Below, piece by piece: positions 1-9,126 of a stretch of DNA of 40,083 bases (its first letter is position 1; the number at the start of each line of letters is the position of its first letter). The notes below the pieces were generated by a model. It was not told the origin of the DNA and did not search any database. It worked only from the letters and a program-made list of their open reading frames with translations. Where the stretch lies: contig CAYSYJ010000001.1 of NCBI GenBank assembly GCA_964435105.1, positions 1-40,083 of the forward strand, in the 5' to 3' direction. This stretch comes from an uncultured Elusimicrobiaceae bacterium. Lineage in GTDB: Bacteria > Elusimicrobiota > Elusimicrobia > Elusimicrobiales > UBA9959. Made by a program: the position numbers and the translations under genes.

Positions 1-235
1 CCGCCATGGCCCAGAGGCGGAAAGCGGGGGCCTCCTGCCCGGCCGCGGGCCCCGGCGCGGCGCGGAGCGGCGCCCGGGCCCCGGCCAGCAGCTTGCGCGC
101 CCGGGCCTCGGCCCTGATCTCCTCCGGCAGGTGGAGTTTCTTGTAACAGGCCCCGCAGAACTCGCTGTCCAGCGGATTGGCCGCCCCGCAGTAGGGGCAG
201 GGCGCGTTCTCCGGCGTATCCAGGTTCTCCGCCAT
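1..235 (-). CDS. zinc-ribbon domain protein, N-terminal part (gene runs off the window start)
   Basis: Reverse complement from ATG at 235-233 reads MAENLDTPENAPCPYCGAANPLDSEFCGACYKKLHLPEEIRAEARARKLL... with CPYC-x10-CGAC zinc-ribbon spacing. It stays open to base 1. It is absent from the ORF track because it is truncated. Confidence 0.5.
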   Translation of the reverse strand, partial: MAENLDTPENAPCPYCGAANPLDSEFCGACYKKLHLPEEIRAEARARKLLAGARAPLRAAPGPAAGQEAPAFRLWAMA

Positions 236-297
236 AAGGGGAATTATAGTAAAAGCGGGTTTATAAACGCGCTTAAAAGTGGTTTAATGTCCCTAAT

Positions 298-2946
<2,649 letters not shown>

Positions 2947-2970
2947 GGCGGATACGGTCCGCCAGCCAGC

Positions 2971-3098
2971 GGACGGCAGGGTATGCCTTGCCGAGGGACA
3001 TCGCGCAGGACCGAGCTTGCGTAAGCGCGAGGTCCGAGCGAGAGGCGCGCGCACGGTGTGCGCGACGCCGTGCCCGAGGAAGGCATACCCTGTCGGCC
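2971..3098 (+). ncRNA. candidate structured RNA / structured repeat element, copy 1 (three helices)
   Basis: Outer helix is CAGGGTATGCCTT (2977-2989) with AAGGCATACCCTG (3080-3092). Inner helices are GGACC/GGTCC (3008-3012/3031-3035) and GGCGCGCGCAC-GGT-GTGCGCG-A-CGCC (3044-3069). It aligns over its full length with the reverse complement of 26363-26492, with compensatory changes. Confidence 0.55.
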
Positions 3099-3138
3099 GC
3101 TAAGGCGCTAACCTCCGCGCACGCTCGCTGAACGAACA

Positions 3139-4662
3139 GTGGATATGCCCGCTCCTGCCTCCAAGATGCCCAAGAAGATCCCGCCGATCATATTTCCCTT
3201 AGCCACTTCGGTACTGCTCGTCCTCGCCTATCCCAGGTTCGACCTGGGGTGGCTGGGCTGGGCGGCGCTGGGGCCTTTCTGCTGGTTCCTGCTCAACGCG
3301 CGGTCGCTGCGCGAGGCGGCGCTGGGCGGGCTGGTCTGCGGCTTCACGGCCTACCTCGGGCTGCTCTACTGGATCTATCCCACCATGCGGGCCGGCGGCG
3401 TGGGGCCGGCCGTCTCGCTGCTGGGGCTGCTGCTGCTGGCGCTGACGCTGGGGCTGGAGTTCGCGCTGGCCGGGCTGTACGGCTTCCAGCTGCGGCGCGC
3501 CGGGCACAAGGTCTGGCCCTACATGTTCGCGCTGGGCTGGTACCTGCTCGAATACGGCAAGGTCTGGCTGGCCATGAAGGCCGTCTGGTTCCCCTGGTTC
3601 ATGCTGGGCCATACCCAGTGGCGGTACACGGAGCTGATCCAGGTCTGCTCGGTCACCGGCGTCTACGGCCTCGGCGCCGCGCTGGCCTTTACCGCCGCGC
3701 TGGGCGCCGCGGCGCTGCTGCCCTGCGGGCCCGCCTGGCGGCGCCTGCTGCGCTTCGCCCCGGCGCCGCTGCTGCTGCTGGGGCTCTGGTATTTCGGCAA
3801 AGGCGAGCTGGCCCGGGCCGAGCCGCCGGCCCGCACGCTTAAGGCCGCCCTGCTGCAGCCGTCCATAGACCAGTACGCCAAGTGGGACAAAGGGCACGAG
3901 GAGGCCATCCGCGCCGTGATGGAGGAATTGTCCTCGCGGGCTGCCGGGGCCGACCTGGCCCTGTGGCCCGAGAACGCCCTGCCCTGCTGGATGGACGAGC
4001 CGGATTGCGAGGCCTGGGCCTCCACCGCCGCCGCGCGCGGCGCCGGGGCCAGCCTGCTGGGCTCGGTTTCCAAGGGCGGCGGCAGCCATGTCTCGGCCTT
4101 CCTGTTCGACGAGAAAGGGGCGGTAAAGGGCTCCTACGACAAACGGGTGCTGGTGCCCTTCGGCGAGTACGTGCCTTTCCGGGGGCTGCTGGGGCGCTGG
4201 ATAGAGCCGGTGGCCGCGCTGGGGGAATTCAGGCCGGGGCGGCCGGAGCAGCCGCTCCTCGAGGTGAGGGGCTTCAGGCTGGGCGCCGCCATCTGCTACG
4301 AATCCATCTTCCCGCCGCTCTTCGCGGCGGACGCCGCCCGGGGGGCGGACCTGTTCGTGAATATCACCAATGACGGCTGGTACCTGGACACCGCCGCGCC
4401 TTACCAGCACTTCGCGGCCAATGTCTTCAGGGCCGTGGAGACCCGCCGCGCCGTGCTGCGCGCGGCCAATAACGGGATCTCGGGGCTCATAGACCCCTGG
4501 GGCCGCGTCGTCGCGCGCACGGCCCTCGACGAGCGGCTGGTGCTGCCCGCCGAGGCGCCGGCCAATGCCGGGCAGAGCTTCTTCACGCTGTACGGCGGCT
4601 GGTTCGCGGTGGCGGCCCTGCTGGCGGTGGCCGCCTTCCTGATGGCGGTGCTGTTCGGATGA
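3139..4662 (+). CDS. lnt: apolipoprotein N-acyltransferase
   Basis: 507-aa ORF (GTG at 3139; ATG alternatives at 3145 and 3166). The N-terminal half is multi-TM. The C-terminal CN-hydrolase domain carries the Lnt-type block AAICYESIFP...NITNDGWY. Confidence 0.88.
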   Translation: MDMPAPASKMPKKIPPIIFPLATSVLLVLAYPRFDLGWLGWAALGPFCWFLLNARSLREAALGGLVCGFTAYLGLLYWIYPTMRAGGVGPAVSLLGLLLLALTLGLEFALAGLYGFQLRRAGHKVWPYMFALGWYLLEYGKVWLAMKAVWFPWFMLGHTQWRYTELIQVCSVTGVYGLGAALAFTAALGAAALLPCGPAWRRLLRFAPAPLLLLGLWYFGKGELARAEPPARTLKAALLQPSIDQYAKWDKGHEEAIRAVMEELSSRAAGADLALWPENALPCWMDEPDCEAWASTAAARGAGASLLGSVSKGGGSHVSAFLFDEKGAVKGSYDKRVLVPFGEYVPFRGLLGRWIEPVAALGEFRPGRPEQPLLEVRGFRLGAAICYESIFPPLFAADAARGADLFVNITNDGWYLDTAAPYQHFAANVFRAVETRRAVLRAANNGISGLIDPWGRVVARTALDERLVLPAEAPANAGQSFFTLYGGWFAVAALLAVAAFLMAVLFG

Positions 4663-5564
4663 AGATCGTCTTCCATAAAGGCTACACGGCCCGCCTGCCC
4701 GGGCATGTTTTCCGCCCGGACAAGTTCGAGGCCGCGCTGCTGCTGCTGCTGCGCGAAGGCGCCGTAAAGCGCGCCGACGTGCTGGAGCCTGAGCCGCCTT
4801 CGCGCGCCGACCTGCTGCTGGCCCATACCGCCGCCTGGACGGACAAGAACCTGGGCTTCAGGTTCACCCCGGCCGATTCTCGCCGCGCCGAACTGGAAAT
4901 AACCCCCGAAGTGGCCCGGGCGCACCTGCTGAACGTGGGGGGCACCCTGCTGGCGGCGCGGCTGGCGCTGCGCCAGGGCGTAGGGGTGAACTGCGGCGGC
5001 GGCTCCCACCACGCCTACCCTGGTCACGGAGAGGGCTTCTGCCTGCTCAACGACATCGCCGTGGCCTTAAGGCGGCTGCTCGCGGAGAAGCGGATAAAGC
5101 GCGCCTTCATAGCCGACCTCGACGCCCACCAGGGCAACGGCACCGCCGCGATTTTCAGGAAAGACCCGCGCGTCTTCACCTTCTCCATGCATAACGGCGC
5201 CGCCTACCCGGAACGCAAGGAGCGCGGCTCCCTGGACATAGAACTGGCGCCCGGCACGGGCGACGCCGCTTACCTGGCCGCGCTCGGCCGCGAGTTGCCG
5301 CTGGCGCTGGAGCGCTTCAGGCCCGACTTCCTGCTCTACGTGGCTGGCGCCGACGTCTATAAGGGCGACCTCATAGGCGGCCTCGCCCTGACGCGCGCCG
5401 GCATCCGCCGCCGCGACGCCCTGGTGCTGGCCGAATGCCGCCGCCGGCACCTGCCCGCCGCCGTGGTGCTCAGCGGCGGCTACGCCAGGAGATTCTCCGA
5501 CACCGTCCGCATCCACGCCGACACCGTCAAGGCCGCCCTCGCGTCCGCCAGCCTTAAAGCTTAG
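4659..5564 (+). CDS. histone deacetylase / acetoin-utilisation (HDAC) family deacetylase
   Basis: 301 aa with an ATGA start/stop overlap with lnt. Motifs are GGGSHHA, FCLLNDIAVA and DLDAHQGNGT. Confidence 0.85.
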   Translation: MKIVFHKGYTARLPGHVFRPDKFEAALLLLLREGAVKRADVLEPEPPSRADLLLAHTAAWTDKNLGFRFTPADSRRAELEITPEVARAHLLNVGGTLLAARLALRQGVGVNCGGGSHHAYPGHGEGFCLLNDIAVALRRLLAEKRIKRAFIADLDAHQGNGTAAIFRKDPRVFTFSMHNGAAYPERKERGSLDIELAPGTGDAAYLAALGRELPLALERFRPDFLLYVAGADVYKGDLIGGLALTRAGIRRRDALVLAECRRRHLPAAVVLSGGYARRFSDTVRIHADTVKAALASASLKA

Positions 5565-5576
5565 TCCCGACAAAAA

Positions 5577-5603
5577 GAACGGCCGGCCTAGGGCCGGCTG
5601 TTC
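5577..5603. terminator. bidirectional intrinsic terminator between convergent genes
   Basis: GAACGGCCGGCC-tag-GGCCGGCTGTTC stem. It is preceded by an A-run and followed by a T-rich stretch. Confidence 0.55.
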
Positions 5604-5626
5604 CTTGTTTGGAGCGCTCGCCGCTT

Positions 5627-6313
5627 TCAGCGGGGGCGCAGGTTTTCGCAGACTATCTCGGTGTCGGTCTTCCAGCCGAGGGCTTTCCGGACCTCGCCGG
5701 TCACGCGCACGGCGCTCAGGCCGCTGCGCAGGTCCAGTTCGGCCGAGCCGCGGGTGGACAGGCCGCCGTTGTTCTGCTCCTGGCAGCCCAGCGTGAGCAC
5801 AGCGCCGTCGAAGGAGGCGGCCGCGGGCCGGCAGAAGGCGGCTATGTCGCCGCCGGAGAGGTCCTTGAGGACGCCGAGCGTGGCCCTGCGGCCCTGGTCT
5901 TCCACATAAAGCACGGTGCCGTTAGCCCTGTTTTCGGCCTCCACCAGGCAGCCTTTGCCGTTGGTGTAGACGCCTTTCCGGATGACGGGGATCGCGGCGG
6001 CCTTGGGCGCGCCGGCGGGTACCATCACCATCAGGGCGCAGCCGCCGTTCTGGGCCACGGAGGAGTCGATCCTGGGGCGCTTGACGGTGGAGCCGTCCTT
6101 GCAGGCGAAGCTGCAGGTGTCGCCCTGCGAGCCGGCGAACTTGCAGACCTGCATGCCGGGGAAGGCGGCGCCGACGTTTATCATTTCGGCCCTGTCGGCC
6201 AGGCCGGCGCGCACATGGGCGGCGTCCATCGGCTGCAGCTGCGGGGCGGCGAGCTCGGCCGCCGCGGGGGCGCCGAGGGCGAGGATCAGCGTGAGGGTGA
6301 ATATGTTCTTCAT
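5627..6313 (-). CDS. secreted hypothetical protein with a C-x9-C-x3-C module
   Basis: 228 aa with SD AAGGAG upstream and signal peptide MKNIFTLTLILALGAPAAA. Cys module is CKFAGSQGDTCSFACKDGSTVKRP. Confidence 0.7.
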   Translation of the reverse strand: MKNIFTLTLILALGAPAAAELAAPQLQPMDAAHVRAGLADRAEMINVGAAFPGMQVCKFAGSQGDTCSFACKDGSTVKRPRIDSSVAQNGGCALMVMVPAGAPKAAAIPVIRKGVYTNGKGCLVEAENRANGTVLYVEDQGRRATLGVLKDLSGGDIAAFCRPAAASFDGAVLTLGCQEQNNGGLSTRGSAELDLRSGLSAVRVTGEVRKALGWKTDTEIVCENLRPR

Positions 6314-6545
6314 TTGTTTCTCCTTAGTCTTAGCCGTCTTGCGGCTACATACATAGTCTACGCCTTAAAGCCGCGCGGCACATGAGGCGGATTGCCCGGG
6401 AGCCCGCCGTATTCCTGCCTATCCGTTTTGCCCGCCCGGCTTACGAAGCGGCGGATTGCCCTTTCCCGCGTTTTAGTGATGCGGCGAGTCTCTAGTGCCT
6501 GGAAAAGTGTTAGAATAGGCGTGAAACTTTCTGGGAGGAAAGCGC

Positions 6546-7397
6546 ATGGCGACCGTTTTTTCCGAGACTTTGACGCGGCTGCGCAAGGAGGCCGGTTTCC
6601 CGACGGCCTATCGCTTTTTTCACGACAACGGCGGGGCCAAGTTCTTCTCTGTGTCCTACCGCAATTACCTTATGATGGAGCAGGGGCGCAACCTGCCGGC
6701 CCCCGCCAGGCTGCCGCGGCTCATGCTCGGCCTGCGCCAGCCGCAGGGCACGCCGCTGGCCAGTGAGCTGGTGAAGGCCTGGCTGCGCACCATGACCGGA
6801 GACGAGATCTATGCCGACCTGGTGGAGCCGCTGTTCGGCGCCGGTATCTCCGCCCCGGCCGGCTCGCCGGCCGAGGAGGCCCTGCGGCGGAGCATCGCCG
6901 AAAAGAAGTTCCACATGACCGAGGCCCATATCCTGGCCTCGGCGGCCAGCTTCGAGGCCTACAAGTGCTTCTTCGTGATGGAGTTCGACGCCGGCGTCTG
7001 GACCGCGGAGGCCATGGCCAGGGCGCTGCGCATAAAGAAGGCCGAGGCCGAGAAGGCGTTGAAGAGCTTTGTGAAGGCGGGGATGGCGCGGGTCGAGGGC
7101 AGGAAAGGCTACCGCTCGAAGATAGCTGGAATGATGGTGGAGTATCCGGCCGGGCCCGCCCTGCCGCCGGGCATGATGGATAAGCTGAGGGGCTATTTCA
7201 AAAGACTGGAGGCCGAGAGCCGGATAGAGTTCGCCACCGCGGGCATGCTGCGCGCCGACTCCGACGACCTGCGGGGCTACTTCCCCATGCTGAAGTCCAG
7301 CGTAGAGGCCTCTTACGCCTTCAATACCACGGTGAAGACGAAAAAGTCGGCCGGTTTCTTCGTGCTGGGCAGGGTGCTCCGCCTCTGGGACTTCTAG
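6546..7397 (+). CDS. hypothetical protein with an XRE-like N-terminal HTH
   Basis: 283 aa with SD GGGAGGA upstream. The N-terminus LTRLRKEAGFPTAYRFFHDNG...YRNYLMMEQGRNLP resembles a Cro/C1-type HTH. The remainder is not recognised. Confidence 0.6.
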   Translation: MATVFSETLTRLRKEAGFPTAYRFFHDNGGAKFFSVSYRNYLMMEQGRNLPAPARLPRLMLGLRQPQGTPLASELVKAWLRTMTGDEIYADLVEPLFGAGISAPAGSPAEEALRRSIAEKKFHMTEAHILASAASFEAYKCFFVMEFDAGVWTAEAMARALRIKKAEAEKALKSFVKAGMARVEGRKGYRSKIAGMMVEYPAGPALPPGMMDKLRGYFKRLEAESRIEFATAGMLRADSDDLRGYFPMLKSSVEASYAFNTTVKTKKSAGFFVLGRVLRLWDF

Positions 7398-7493
7398 AGG
7401 GGACGCTGATTACTTTATTACTTTTGCTTCGAGGAATGCCCGGTTAGCAAGGGGTAGGTAATGGCAAAAGTAATAAAGTAATCAGCGTCCCCT
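7398..7493. repeat. long perfect hairpin A (30-bp AT-rich arms, 36-nt loop)
   Basis: AGGGGACGCTGATTACTTTATTACTTTTGC (7398-7427) is the exact reverse complement of 7464-7493. It starts 1 nt after the TAG stop of the upstream gene. Confidence 0.9.
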
Positions 7494-7499
7494 AAAGAA

Positions 7500-7532
7500 A
7501 CAGCCGGCCAACTGGCCGGCTGTTCTCTTTTT
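7500..7532. terminator. bidirectional intrinsic terminator
   Basis: ACAGCCGGCC-aact-GGCCGGCTGT followed by TCTCTTTTT, with an A-rich run on the other side. It lies between convergent genes. Confidence 0.7.
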
Positions 7533-7543
7533 ACTGGCGGCGT

Positions 7544-8746
7544 TCAGAAGGGGAACACGATCTGGGGGCAGGCCACCTGGAACTCGTCCGCCGGGCTGGG
7601 GCGCTGGGCGGGCATGCTGTAGACGCTGCCGTTGGCGCACTTGTACAGGCAGGTATTGCCGGTCATGCCGGTCATGAGGCACATGGTCTTGCCGGCCTGG
7701 GCCTTCAGCGCGGGCAGGGGGATATTGATCTCGAGGCTGAGGTAGGAGACCGTGAAGGAATACTTATTGAAGCCCTCGCGGGACACTTCCATGGCCACCG
7801 GGTTCTTCTTCTGCAGGGCCAGGCTCTCGGCCATGCCGGCCATGGCTTCCTCGGCTTCCTCCGCGGTGCGGTACGCGCCGTCGTGGCGGTACACGCCCAG
7901 GGTCTGCAGCGAGCGGAACTTGACCTCGAAGGAGTAGCTGATGAGCGAGTTCTTGACGGTGCGGAAGTCCAGCGCCTTGGTGGCCTTCAGCGAGTTGAGG
8001 TTCTTGATGACCGAGTCCATGGCCTGGCGGGCCTGGCCTTCGGTGGCGTAGGAGCCGTAGCTGTTGAAGACCTGCTCTTTGCCGATAGTCACGGTGATGC
8101 CCTTGTTGGCCGCGCCGTCGAAGTAGCCGAGCACGAAGGAGTAGGAGCTGGGGCCGTCCTTGCGCACCTCGTGGATTACCACGGTGGCGCCGCGGCTCTC
8201 CAGGCGCTCGGCCGCCTCGAACATGCGCTCATAGGCGTCCAGGTCGCGCTGGTAGCTGGGGGAGGGCTCGGTGAGCAGTTGGCCCTTGGCGCGGAAGGAG
8301 ATCTCGTAGCGGTAATCGGCCAGGCCGTGCACCACTACCTTCTGGGAGACCACCTCGGCCTTGGCGAGCTTCAGGTCGTTTACGGCCCAGTTGAGGGCGG
8401 CGGAGGCCTCGGCGAAGGTGGGATAGTTGCCGTAGCTCTGGTAGGTCTGCGCGGCGGGCGCGGCCTTGTCTGCGGAGCGGTAGTCGCCGCCGCCGCATTT
8501 CTCGTAGACGCTGGCGGCTTCCGGCTTGACGGGCTTCACGGAGAAGGTCTCGCCGCTGCGGCATTTGAAGTTGCAGAGGCCGTCTTTCAGGCCGGTCAGG
8601 TAGCAGCTGTCGGGGCTGCCGGGGTTGGGGAAGGGGTTAACTTTAGGTATGCCCGCGGCGTTCAAGCCCTGCAGGCCGGCGAAATCCGCCGCGCCGGCCA
8701 GGCCGGACATCAGGGATACCGTTACAATGGTGAGGAAGGTTTTCAT
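7544..8746 (-). CDS. secreted repeat protein: Cys module, four ~55-aa alpha/beta repeats, Cys module
   Basis: 400 aa with SD AAGGAG and signal peptide MKTFLTIVTVSLMSGLAGA. CYLTGLKDGLCNFKCRSGETFSVKP lies near the N-terminus and CLMTGMTGNTCLYKCANGSVYSMP near the C-terminus. Four internal repeats each end in YSF-V-like strands. Confidence 0.75.
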   Translation of the reverse strand: MKTFLTIVTVSLMSGLAGAADFAGLQGLNAAGIPKVNPFPNPGSPDSCYLTGLKDGLCNFKCRSGETFSVKPVKPEAASVYEKCGGGDYRSADKAAPAAQTYQSYGNYPTFAEASAALNWAVNDLKLAKAEVVSQKVVVHGLADYRYEISFRAKGQLLTEPSPSYQRDLDAYERMFEAAERLESRGATVVIHEVRKDGPSSYSFVLGYFDGAANKGITVTIGKEQVFNSYGSYATEGQARQAMDSVIKNLNSLKATKALDFRTVKNSLISYSFEVKFRSLQTLGVYRHDGAYRTAEEAEEAMAGMAESLALQKKNPVAMEVSREGFNKYSFTVSYLSLEINIPLPALKAQAGKTMCLMTGMTGNTCLYKCANGSVYSMPAQRPSPADEFQVACPQIVFPF

Positions 8747-9049
8747 GCTTTAGCTCCTTATGTTTTCTCCGCTATGGTCAGAATATAAAAGAACCGGGCG
8801 GCCTCTTTAGAGGCCAAGGACCCCTTTTCACGCGGTAAAATGGCCTATGGCCTCTGGGCCGGCCGGCCGGACCTTAAGACCCATGGCCTGGGACCTTCAG
8901 CCGGGCCACGGGCCGGCCCCAAAAATCGGTTTTGAGCTGAATTGCCGCTGAAATAGGCCCCTCTCCTATGAAGCCTTGACAAGTCCATAGGACTTTGGGC
9001 CCAAAAAGCAATAGGCCCAAAGACCAGAAATGCCCTGGGTCCTATGGTC

Positions 9050-9077
9050 TTGATTGTAATCAAAGATAGATTAAACT
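9050..9077 (+). promoter_or_regulatory. putative sigma70-type promoter of peptidase paralog 1
   Basis: TTGATT (9050-9055), 16-nt spacer, TAAACT (9072-9077). The -35 lies inside the palindrome TTGATTGTAATCAA (9050-9063). Confidence 0.35.
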
Positions 9078-9126
9078 ATATAGGCAGCGCAGTACCGAGT
9101 CCACAAACAGCCGTATGGGAGGAGTA

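Noticed and set aside
2971-3098. The element downstream of secA as a plain intrinsic terminator, SRP/4.5S RNA or a riboswitch for lnt.
   Set aside because: No U-tract follows it. A second copy exists in inverted orientation inside another operon, which argues against a single-copy housekeeping RNA and against a gene-specific 5'-UTR riboswitch. The conserved blocks do not match the SRP domain IV consensus or the riboswitch cores I know.
7398-7493. The hairpin dimensions (28-30 nt arms, 36-nt centre) resemble a CRISPR repeat-spacer-repeat unit.
   Set aside because: The two arms are inverted, not direct. Each locus is a singleton unit with no array, and no cas genes are in the window.
7398-7493. 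The hairpins as invertible promoter switches (invertons).
   Set aside because: The segments between the inverted repeats are only 21-65 bp, too short for a recombinase-mediated invertible element and without promoter content. No invertase gene is nearby.
8845-9063. 72-aa ORF on the minus strand in the long spacer upstream of peptidase 1.
   Set aside because: It has no SD and its Pro/Arg/Gly-rich composition is implausible. It overlaps the palindrome-dense regulatory region, which is better explained as non-coding.
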